A stretch of DNA of 64,000 nt from Azolla caroliniana (Eukaryota; Plantae; Polypodiophyta): contig JBHGNT010000002.1 in the NCBI GenBank assembly GCA_043228905.1, positions 25,544,001 through 25,608,000 on the forward strand, in the 5' to 3' direction. The position numbers and the translations under genes were made by a program. Positions 28,303 to 39,787 of this stretch are shown in pieces. Numbering within the stretch: the first letter of the stretch is position 1; every line of letters begins with the position of its first letter. The notes beneath the pieces are model-generated. The model did not search any database and had not been told where the DNA came from. It saw only the letters and a program-made list of their open reading frames with translations.

Positions 28303-28416
28303 GTCTTGGGTTCGAAACCCAAATTTCTCACCTCTCTTATTACTCCATACATATCTATCTCTTAATAAACTAGACGCTACTTTGGAAATGGAATACAAGG
28401 ATTTGAACCCATGACC
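28303..28416. repeat. Convergent double B-box (tRNA-derived) repeat, copy A
   Basis: GGTTCGAAACC on the plus strand and GGTTCAAATCC on the minus strand. Colinear with copy B at 44483-44622. Confidence 0.7.
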
Positions 28417-28596
28417 TTCTCTCTCTCTCTCTATCTGTGTCAGTCTCTCTCTTAATATCATCATCATCATCGTCATCAGATCAGATCGATCAGATCAGGA
28501 ACGAAGAGATCACCATTGCAAAGAAAGAGGGAAAGAAAGAGAAGGAAACAGAAACAGAAGGAAGACAGAAAGAGAAGGAAGGACGAAGGAAGTTCC

Positions 28597-31500
28597 ATGG
28601 AGGAGCTCCCTGATGCTCTCTTGCAAACCATCCTTTCCCGCCTCGACATTCCTTCTCTCTGCTCCGCTGCCTCATCCTCTCGTCTCCTCTCCATCTCTGC
28701 ATCGCAGGCCCTCTCTCGCTTGCCGAGCTTCCATCTCCTGGTATGAAGAACTCTCTTCTCTCTCTCTCTCTCTCTCTCTCTATACCTCTTACTCTTCCAG
28801 AAGGAAGGCTTAGAAATCAGATCTGTGCTCTGAAGCACGCAATTCGTTATTTATTCTCTGGACTTCTTCTTCGTTTTTACAGAATTTGTCTTGTTTTTAT
28901 CTGAATTCGTCTTCTTTTTTCCAGAATTTGTCTTGTTTTTTTTGCAGAGATTCATTCTCTTTTTCCTTTCATCACTGGAATTTCTATTAGTTTACTACTG
29001 GAATTCATCGTCCTGATTTTCATCTTTCTATTGGATAGAATTTGTTCTCTTTCTACAGAATTGCTTTGTGTTTACCGGAATTCATGTTCATTCATTCCCT
29101 TTTTCATGTCAGGTTTCATCTGTGTTTTCTGAAGAGAATTCATCTTCCTTTTTGCCAAAATTCTCTTTCTTCTATAGCTGGAAGTCACTTTACTTTCCTT
29201 GCCGGAATTCAGTTTCTTTTTTGTGGAAATTCTCTTCTTTCCTTTGCATGCATTCGTATTCCTTTCTATTGGAATTTTTCTTCTTCTTCTTGCGAGAATT
29301 GGTATTCTTTTGGTCCGTGATTTCCTGTGTTACTAACCATCTTTTGTTCTGCTTATTCATCATTATCACCATCATAATCTCTACTTGATCATCAATTCTG
29401 ATCTTTTCAGGACCTTGCACCCAGAAATGATGATTTAAGACGATTGCTCAACAATAATCAAGAAGTGAAAAGCCTTAAAATTGATTGTGAGCATTTAGAT
29501 GACCAAGCTTTGGGCGTCATTACAAAACCTCATCTTGAAGAACTACAACTACTAAACTGTGTTTGGTTCTCTTCAAAGCTCCTCACAGAAATCGGGTGTC
29601 ATTGCAGAGATTTGAGGTAGGTCATTTTGTTCCAATTATTACTACATTTTTGTTTCTCAATTATGTGTGTACACCTTTCAGAACGGATCTTACAGGGGAA
29701 TAACTCTTATATACTCTTATGCCCCCTCCCCCCCATGTCTTGAATGCTTGTGGTTAACCAATATATGACAGTTGAGCAAAGACATTTGTAGAACGACTGG
29801 AAATTTAAGGGGTTTGGAGTTTCTTCCAAATTATATAGGAATGTACACTGTGTAGAAATATGGTATTGGTAACCTGGATTCAATGAATTTAACGGAGGTA
29901 GCATTGAAATCCTCCAACAATTTAAACTATGTTGCAGTATGTTGCCAATAGGCATGGTTGAAAGAAAGGCAACATACTGCTACATAGGCATGGTAGAATA
30001 AATTGGGTTTTGGGAGCCAGAAAATTGAAGGAAAATGCTTATAATTGCACGGAGAAAGAGGCTGCACTAAGTAGGATGGATGGGGAATGGATTCCACCAA
30101 GAGCTATGAGAAAGAAATAAAGGAAGAAAGTATATCAACATCTACTAAAGGCCAAAATGACGTATGAGACCAAAGCATTTTATAAATTGTTTGTGATTGA
30201 TAATGAAATATGCAAGTTAAGCTAGGTAAGAGTGGAGGAGAAGGAGGCTGAACTACGAAGGATGCTGGGTTGAATGTCCATTATAACAATTATGGGACAG
30301 AAATAAAAAGAAACATTCAAAATTATGAAATGGATGCTCCATTTCCCATTTCTGTAATATATATTGACTTTGAGGGAATCTCGCTTTACCATGACTGTAC
30401 ATATATAGCAATCTTGCATTCTTAGGCTGTGTAACAAATGCTCATCAACCTACCAAATGTGTTATCCAATGAATTTCTCTTCCTGGTGAGTTTGGCCCTT
30501 AGTAGATGTTGATATATCTTTCACTCTTCCTCTACTCTCTCTCTCACTCATTCTCAGAAAAATCATTTCATTGATGGCACAATTTGAGTTAAGCAACAAC
30601 TTACAGTGCCTAATTGATATTGCACATTTTTAGGTCTTTATCTGTAGAGCTTGGTTGGCAAGATACTAGAGTAATTGGTGTACATAGTCCTGGTTTTGAG
30701 GAATTATTACGTCAATGCTCAATGTTGGAGGTATGCCCCTCTGAAACTCGTTCATATATCTATTCCCATAAAATATTTTCTCTTATATGACCTTCATTTC
30801 AATAACATTTTTGCATTATGTAACATTCATCTGGTTTGGTGCAGACACTTTCATTGAAGGACCATGCTTCTAGCTTGGATTATCATGCATATGCAGCCAT
30901 CCCACAGTTTGTCTCATCGTCATTGAGAGTGCTAGAGCTTGGGTATGTGCTAGAAATGAACGTCAAACAACTTTTCACCTTTCCATTTGAGCATAATAGT
31001 GTAGAAGAAATGCAACCAAAGGCTTTTCCGTTGCAAAATCTACAAAAGTTATCTTTAGATTTAGATAGGCTGACGGATTCGCTTATGCTACTTATTTCAC
31101 AAAACATGCCTCATCTCTTAGATTTAGAACTTCAAGATCAACCTTCAGAAGAGCCTCTACTTGCGTTTGATCTTACGACAACTGGTATACAACATCTTGG
31201 AGCTCTTTCCAATCTACAAAGGCTTGTTCTTGTGCGAAACCAGGATTATTATTCCTCGACATTTAAGAGAGTAGAGGATTTGGGCTTCCTTTTATTAGCA
31301 GAGAGGTGTAGAAAGTTGGAAATGATAAGAATGGGTGGATTCTCTCGTATTTCAGATGCAACATGCAGACAAATTTTGCATAGTTTCCCGAAGCTTCAGA
31401 CATTTGAGCTTTTGAAGTCTCCCCGTGTCACAGATCTCACATTCCGTGACTTCTCAGCGGTTCCAATCACACTAGTTTCAATCACTCTGGCATCTTGCAG

Positions 31501-32233
31501 GTTAATAAGTGATTTTGCTGTCAGAGAACTATCCTATTGTAAAAACCTTGAGAGCCTCAATCTCAAAGGGTGCAAGTGTGTAGGAGATGGGGGACTTATA
31601 GCCATCACTGGTCTTTCAAAACTGAAGACATTGAACTTGAGTGGTCTAGATATTAGTGATGAAGGATTAATAACATTAGGAAAAGGGCAAACACCCCTAG
31701 TTTCTCTCTCTCTTCGTGGATGCCAGAGGGTTAGTGATGCTGGTATTGCTGGCCTGGTTGGAGGATCGATCTCACACACACTAGAGTGCATTGATCTATC
31801 AAATGTATCATCACTGACAGATAGGGCTGTGCTTGAGCTTATTCATAGTGGCGTTCAAATTGTAGACCTACGCTTGCGTGATTGTGTAGGAATAGGTGAT
31901 AGTTCTGTTATAGCTTTAGCAAGTATGACTTTTAAAGGTTGTGGCTTTGGTGGAACCCTTAGATTACTAGATCTTTGGAATTGCAAAGGTCTAACGTTAC
32001 TTTCGTTTGGGTGGTTCAAGAAACCATACTTCCCTAGATTGCGTTGGTTGGGACTTGGTTGGAATAGTGTTAGCAAATCTGTGTTAGATTCATTAAGCCA
32101 GGGGCGCCCTTACCTTCGCATACTTGACCATGGCCATGAGCTAGATGGTTATGCTGCTGAGGAAGTTTATAATTGCCGTCCACCTTTTTATGAAGAAGAA
32201 GATGAACTTGAAAGATGGCTTAGAGTTGGTTGA
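28597..32233 (+). CDS. F-box/LRR-repeat protein, FBL10-like
   Basis: Exons 28597-28740, 29411-29616, 30634-30730, 30845-32233. N-terminal F-box (MEELPDALLQTILSRL), Cys-containing LRRs (LSLRGCQRVSDAGI) and C-terminal WFKKPYFPRLRWLG. Confidence 0.9.
30131..30516. mobile_element. Inverted-repeat-bounded element (probable old MITE) in F-box gene intron 2
   Basis: TATATCAACATCTACTAAAGGCCAAA at 30131 is matched in reverse complement, with one mismatch, by TTTGGCCCTTAGTAGATGTTGATATA ending at 30516. No clear TSD. Confidence 0.55.
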
Positions 32234-34629
32234 TCTAGGTTCATGACTCAGTCTGTATATTATCAAGTCTATTCATTGGTATTTCTTTCTAAATTTCTAA
32301 TTTCATTTCAAGATCGCCATTTTTTTGTATTTTGCAACCATGAAGTTTAATCTTCCAAGGGTGAAATTATAGTAATGTTTGTGGTTTCCAACTATACATT
32401 ACATTCTGCAGTAAGTTGGAGCGGATCCTTCGTTCTGCATCATGTCATTACATCGTCTAGATTTCAGAGAAAGCCTCTCAACTATGACATAGGTTTGCTA
32501 TCTGAATAACCCCTTAGGAATGGTCACGAGATAGCGTTCCTTAATATTTGATGATATAGAATTAGTTCATCTTGTGAATATGAAGCACTTAGATTACACG
32601 AAGAAATTTGATATTGGGATTGATTATCAAGGCAATGTGGTTGTCAAGGTAGACTGTTTTTGGTGTCTAATCTTAAAGATGCAGTATCCACCCTTATGGA
32701 AACTGCGAAAACAAGTGCATGAATGTTTGTGAATGTTATGATTTTATGTGTAGCATCGTATGATAATATGCTAGTATCGTCTTTTAGTTTTATTTTGTTA
32801 TGTTCTCCTTTAGGGTTTTGAGAATAGAAGCATCTAATTTGTGTAGGGTCTATATCAATGAGGTGTTAATGTGTTCATGGTATCTTACCTTAATGAAAGG
32901 CACAGAATAGTAACATTTATATTCGTAACGACATCATTACCTCACTAGCTTGGAGATTGCATTGGCAAAACCATACCCAGATAGGTTTTGCTTGGTATTG
33001 CCCGACTCAAAATACCTAATATTATTGCAAGGTACTGTTAGTTTTTATTGTTTGGTTTCTTGTTAAGGGAAACCTGAAGTCCCAATAATTAATCTCAAGG
33101 TTATATAGAAGACGCACTCTTGTTTATGTTATATGTATGGATTCTTGTTAAGTATTGTTAAATCTCATAGATTTGTTGCTATAATATTCTTATCCAACAC
33201 TCATAATTTTCAAACAATCTATTCTTATAGAAATCCAAATGAAAAATTAATATTACACATTGACCTCAAGAGTTACCAATTATTAGATGAAAATGATGTT
33301 TTGGATTTATCATCACAGTCAATGTAGTTTGCCTTTACATATATTCAAACCTGAACAGTAGTAGCCTTATGGATATCCTCAACGAATTTTAAGGTTATAT
33401 ATCTTGTTTAATAAATTGAGTTAGATATAATATTAAAATGATGAGAAAAAAGGCAAAGCACAAGAGTGTGTTAGTTGGTGGAGTGGCTTACTTGATGGTA
33501 AATTATCACAAATAGGTGTATAATTTCTTGTGGATTGAAATTATTGCATGAAAACTAAGGTTGTGGTATTGAAATGGTTTCATAAAACCTAAGCTTGTGG
33601 TATGTCAAATGGTGTCATGAAACATAAGATGTGTTCATTATAGATCTATGTCACATGCAAGGATATAAAACCAAACTATGTAGTATTGAGAAATGTTGTC
33701 ATAGATCCCAAGTTAAGTAATGCTAAATGGATTGAGTAAACAATTGCACTCCACATTCGTTACTTTCTAGAAGCACAAGTCCATTCGTAGCCAATGAGGA
33801 ATATCTTTTTGGATTTTGATTGTGGCTTACAGAACATGTCACAATTCCTCGGCCAAAACTACCTCTCACATCATTAATTGCTTCATGCTAATTTTTTGCA
33901 CATATATTGCATATCTAATATCAAACATAAAAGCGTTGATTAATTTTGTGATTGTCGTAATGAAAAAATTCAACATGGGATTGTAATTGCATCAATCCCA
34001 TTATGTAGTTGTCAATCTTTGATTTGATTCATCCAACTCAATCTAACAAAGTTTTCAATATTCAACGAGTGATGCTTAAGAACCAAGATTGTACGAGTTG
34101 CAATGAAACAATTTGGAGCAATACAATCAACGACTTATGATTGGGAATAAAAGTGAGGCTATTTTTTAGGTAGATTGAGGTACATGGAAACCCCTTCAAC
34201 ACAAAAAATGCATTGGAGCATGTCCATAAACCATATGAACCTTAGTACAAATAGATTGCCAATAAGGCTATGAAAACATATTGTGTGGATAATGTGTGCC
34301 ACAAAGAGAACATAAGCAAAATATAGTATCTTTTTAACCCTTGGGGCTCCCATTTGGAGACCATGGATAGGGATCAAACTTGTGTTCTCCTGAGTTTTAT
34401 GGATGTGATGCTATGGCATAAACCACAGAGTCAACTAGAGAGAATTAATGTATGAAGAAAAATAATGCTTTTCGAAAACATGCTAAATTTGTATTCATAC
34501 ATACCGTCATACCTTGGGATTTTTTGATACTTTAAGGATATCCTCGTAAGATTTAGTTGGGGCCCTAAAGCAAAACTCAATAACTTTTAATGAGACGAGA
34601 GTCTAGTTGATGACGTGGTAAGGTTACAA

Positions 34630-35052
34630 GGCCCATCAAGCTCAAGTGCTTGTTCAGTCGAATTTTAATGTAAACCATGGTTTTCTTTAGTTGTTTGTTT
34701 GATAAGACCACACTCTATAGATAGATAGATCGATCGATTGATAGATAGTTGATTCTAAAAACCCTAACCCTAAATTTATGGAATTCTCTTGCTAGCCTTG
34801 AAACCCTAAGAGGGAGAGGGCAGAACAAGACTTTGGGGCTACTTCTGCAAAATCATCCAAATATAATAGGTCTATAGATAGAGATAGATCGATAGATAGT
34901 TGATAGATGGATGGATTGATAGATAGTTGATTCTAAAAACCCTAACCCTAAATTTATGGAATTCTCTTGCTAGCCTTGAAACCCTAAGAGGGAAAGGGCA
35001 GAACGAGAGTTTGGGGCTACTTCTGCAAAATCATCCAAATATAATAGGTCTG
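34630..35052 (+). promoter_or_regulatory. RBM34-like promoter: site II motif plus four telo-boxes in a 178-bp tandem duplication
   Basis: GGCCCA at 34630. AAACCCTA at 34759, 34801, 34937 and 34979. The duplicated unit has GATTCTAAAA at 34751 and 34929. Confidence 0.65.
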
Positions 35053-35111
35053 GGAAACATTGGGGCTACTTTTGTAATTTGGGAGTGATTCTTGACCATC
35101 TTCTCTGCCTA

Positions 35112-35158
<47 letters not shown>

Positions 35159-35177
35159 GTTTCTGCACGAAGAAACC

Positions 35178-38100
35178 ATGGAAGCTCAGACGGCCGGCAA
35201 CACCTCCTCATTCTTTAACTCCATCTTCGGTCCTCCTCCTGCTCCTTCTTCATCAAGAGTCCTCTCCCTCTTCTCAGACAATGCTTTCCGTCGAAAGGCC
35301 CCTTCGACCTCCTCCGTGGTAGAAGAAAACAATGGAGCTCATCATCAAACGGAAGAAACCGGAGAAAAAGGAATGTGTGAGAAAGAAAAGAATGGAAATG
35401 AATATCAAACAGAAGAAGTCGAAGCCGGAGGACGCAAGAAGAAGAAGAAGAAGAAGAAGAAGAGCTTCGATATTCAGGAGCATTCCGAATCGAGACTAAC
35501 GGATGAACTTGAACATGGAAGAATACGACGAAAGAAAAGTTTGGAGTCGACTGTTCGTACTGGTAATGGCTTTTCTGGGCTTACCATCGAAAATGAAACT
35601 ATTATCGAGAAGAAATCGGAAATGGAGAATAACAGAAACCGAGATGAGTCCATTTCTGCAAGAAGGAAGGTCAAAGCAAGAGAATTCAGTGAAACAGTTG
35701 TCAATAACAAACCAGAAACGGGGAGGAAGAGAGATAAATCCGTTTCTGCAAGAAGGAAGTTTGAAGAAGAGAAAGTAGAGGGTGGCTCAGAAAAAGAAGA
35801 AACGGACATAAAGGCAGGGAAATTCATTTCTGCAAGAAGAAAGATGAAAAAAGGAGTAGAAAGTTGCACAGATGATCTAGAGCATAGCAAGGAGGACAAA
35901 ATCAAGTTTTTAAACCATAAGAAATCAGAAGAGGATGATTCACTCGAGCAGAATATGCATGTAGAAAAACAGAAAATCAACAATATATCTCATATTCTCA
36001 AAGTGAAGGAGAGTTCAGATGCTAAGGTTGACACTTCAGGTAAGAAAATTGTGGTTCCTATCCAAGTGAAAAAGAGTGAAAATGGTGTAAAGATTGGTGC
36101 AAAGAGGAAGAAGGAAGAAACCATCGAAGTTAGATATGAGAAACGACTTGGAGACAGTGTCACTGAAGATAAGGTGTTATCCATGAAAGAGAAACCTAGT
36201 TCTGTCAATATTAAGAAAGATGAGAAATTAAAGAGTCAGGAGAAGGATCAAGAGAGAGCTAGGCAGAAGAAGAGGAGTGAAACTGATGATGATTATGATG
36301 AATCTGTGAATGATGCAAAAACAAAGCAGTTTGATGATGAAGAGAAATTGAAGAGAACAGTGTTTATTGGGAACTTGCCATTGAATGTGAAGAAAAAGGC
36401 ATTAGTTAAAGAATTCTCACAATATGGGCCTATTGAGTCTGCGCGGTTGAGGTCTATACCCTTGTTAGATGTAAGACTCACTTAATGTATCTCCTAAATT
36501 TGTAATAGGTAAAAGTACCCGTAAGTATTTCCTTATTTCTCGCAGCAAAGAATAAAAAAGGGACGAATTGACTATAATACTTGCTCAAATCGCCCATGTA
36601 CTTTATAGAAAGAGGAAGTATTGACCATATTGATCATGAAGTTTTTAAACCATTGATGCAAAAATGTGCAGTCTAAAATTCCAAGGAAAGGAGCTATAAT
36701 AAAGGGCCAAATCAATGAAGCAGTTAACAGGTTTGTTCCAACTCGAGTCCTTTAAATAAACCTAATTTTTAGGAAATGTTTCCAATCAGAGAAAATATGC
36801 TTCGAAACTCATCTTGAACTTATGATTTCCTGTACTGTGATTATCTTTTCAAAACATACATATTGCCTTGATGTTACATGGGACACGTTTTTAGAATGTG
36901 AGAGATACATCCTAATAATCATTTTGCTTTCTAGAGAGTGAATCTTTGTAGTAAGGCCCAAAAAAACAAAGAAAGAAGCTAGAAAACATCATCATTTACT
37001 AATCCCTAGGTTTGATGCATTACATCTCCAAGACCTTATCAGACGACCTCGTTGCCACCAAATCCTTCATCCAACGTTTTCACACACTACACAGTGAGAT
37101 CCTCTTCACTCATTATAGTTCTACACAATGATATAATTCTCTTCCTCCAAAAAAAACTACTCTACACTTGTGCTTGTCACTTTGGAATGCCTTGCACATG
37201 AGGATGTCAGGCAAGGTTGTATTGACATTCAAGAATTCCTAACAAGAATGGAACTATCGCAGACACCCCTAAGAATTGTATTTGCTAGTCTACTTGATTA
37301 CAACCATTTAAATGGAAGATACAAATAATGTAATCAGGAGACAAGGTTAATTTTTCATTTCAGCTTTAATGTTTCTTTTTGTTCTATATCTACCACCTGC
37401 ACATGTGGTGATTGTACTTTGTAAGGATTATTGGTCTAATGAGTTATCTAGTCTTACAAAGTTTTGTTCTCTTTCTCTTGTAATTTGACTTTTGCTCCAG
37501 TCAACATGCCTACATAGTATTTGGTGAAGCATTGCATGCAAATGCTGCTCTTGTTCACAACATGAAAGAGGTATCATATCTGCTGGCTGATTATTGTTGT
37601 ACCTTGTACTGAATAACTTTGACCGATTACTGTTTAGCTGATTGATGTTCTAAAAATTGTTTTCAACTTTGCTATCAGTTTAAAGGAAATCATATACGTG
37701 TTGATGCTGCTCATGCACCGCATGGAGCAACAAATGCAAAAGCTTCATTATCCTATGATTATACTCGATCAGTGTTTATTGGCAATCTGCCGTATGATGT
37801 AAAGGTATTTTCTAACAATTTCGGGATTGAACCAGAAGTGTATGGTATACTAATAGGTTGTCTATAGCTTTCTGATGGATTATAACGATTTTTCAGGATG
37901 AAGAACTCTATCAAATATTCACACCAGAGTTGGATGTAGAAGCCATCAGGGTTGTTAGAGATCCTCACACTAGCCTAAGCAAAGGGATTGCCTTCGTGCT
38001 TTTTAGAACCAAGGTAAACAGAGTAAATTATACATGAAAACAACAAAATACTGCCAACCTTTTTGCCATTGATTACAATACCCCTAATATTCGAACTATT

Positions 38101-38573
38101 GCCAGAATGCTCGTACATAATTTACTGCTTCAAAGGCTTTTCTGGTTACTTTTTAAATCTCAGGGGTGTTCAGATGGTTTATCTGAAAAATTTGCTTATT
38201 GAGTAGCCATACCCTGCTGGACCTAATATGAGAGGTTTGATCTTTGCAGGACAGTGCTCGTCGCATACTTTCATCGAAACAAAAGACAAGACTGAGGGAT
38301 CGGATTCTCCGAATAACTCGTGTCTTACAAAACACAAACGAGAAATCAACACCGATCAAGCATATTAGGAACGCAGAAGTAGAGAATGATGAGACCAGTT
38401 TACAAAGAAAGCGAGCCAAGTTATCTGCATCCTATGAAGGTATCAGAGCTAAGAAAGAATTCAAGCATGCTAAGAAAACAAAAAGACCTGTTGACATAAA
38501 GAAAAAGGGGAGCAAAAGTTTCACCAGATTGAAAAGTAAGAAGACAGCAAGGGCAAAGATGCGGACGACCTAG
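35178..38573 (+). CDS. RBM34/Nop12-like nucleolar RNA-binding protein (two RRMs, long K/E-rich N-terminus)
   Basis: Exons 35178-36470, 36672-36730, 37501-37570, 37679-37804, 37897-38013, 38250-38573. Motifs KLKRTVFIGNLP, SKIPRKGA, HAYIVF, NHIRVD, RSVFIGNLPYDV and KGIAFVLF. Confidence 0.9.
37165..37300 (+). mobile_element. LINE 3' remnant in RBM34-like intron 2
   Basis: GTCACTTTGGAATGCCTTGCACATGAG...CAAGAATTCC resembles GTCACATTGGAATGCCTGGCATACGAG...CAGGAATTCC at about 8825. Confidence 0.5.
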
Positions 38574-39787
38574 ATTGTCTTATGCCACGGCAAAGATGCA
38601 GACGACCTAGATTGTCTTATGCCACATAATTCTTTGTACAGTGATTCATAGGCCAAATTTTGGAAATGTCCATGAAATATTTTTTCTTTCGTGGCTTAGC
38701 CTTTGCATACATAATCAATGAAAGTAATTAAATCTTGAGGTGACAAAGAAAAGAAATTGACTAATACTTCCAAAAAGGTTGTATAGTTGTCTTTTCATAA
38801 GCAATGCCTTATATTTTAGGGCCAAATAGTGAACATGGGGTTTGAATAACTACATGCATTTGTGTGGTTTAATTCTTTGGACACAATGTAACGGTAGTAC
38901 AAACAAAAGGTAAATGTAACAGCTACTTGGTTTATGACCTAATTTGAGGGGATTATGTAATAGAGTTTCATGTGTTTGGAACTTGGTGTTGGTTTAATTT
39001 GCTTAAGCCCATCTCATCCATAAGAACAGAGTTGGTTTACGCTAAATGCACCCTAACCTGAGGGGTCGAAGAGTTTATGCAATGGAACTAATGTTGGTTT
39101 AACTCATGTGCATCAGGTGACTTGAAGTTACATGGTTGACTGAGATATAACAGTCAAATTTCCAGTTGAAGTACTTGTATCTGTAGTACCCACGGTCAGC
39201 TAATGTAAGCCATGGTAGTCTCTCATGTGAGAGTTGCATACTTGATGTTGTTGCCTACTTTATCTTTAAGCAGTTGCCCTAATTTGTGGTTGAGGCATTA
39301 CGGATGTGTGCTCATACATAAGAAAACTAGCCAACTTCTATCTTCATGTTTCAGTCTAATTGCATTGATATAAAGCCTGATAGATAAACCTTCTATATTT
39401 TGACAGCCTTCCAATTGGGCAATTGCCTTCAAATTGTTAAATAAATTAACAGAAAACGCCAAATGTATACACATGAAAATTCTTTTTTTCCAAATTCCAC
39501 ATACAACCTTAGGTTTATTGCTTTGTTTTTGTTCTTACCTTGTTTATAACTCTCCTCTCTATTGCCAGATATCACACATCCCTCCCAATGACAAATGCCA
39601 TATCATCATCAAAGACCACATAGACACCCAATTCAAACGGTTTCATAGAAAGCATTCAATTAAATAATACAACTGTACAAAAAATTTGAGAATATCCCTA
39701 CGGCATTCAGCAATTGCACATTTTGCAAACACATTCAATGCCCATAACAAGTATATATACAGCACTTTTTACATCACTTATATGATC

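Noticed and set aside
33750-34400. Possible MULE transposase remnant on the minus strand
   Set aside because: Only weak by-eye hints across frameshifts; a profile search would be needed.
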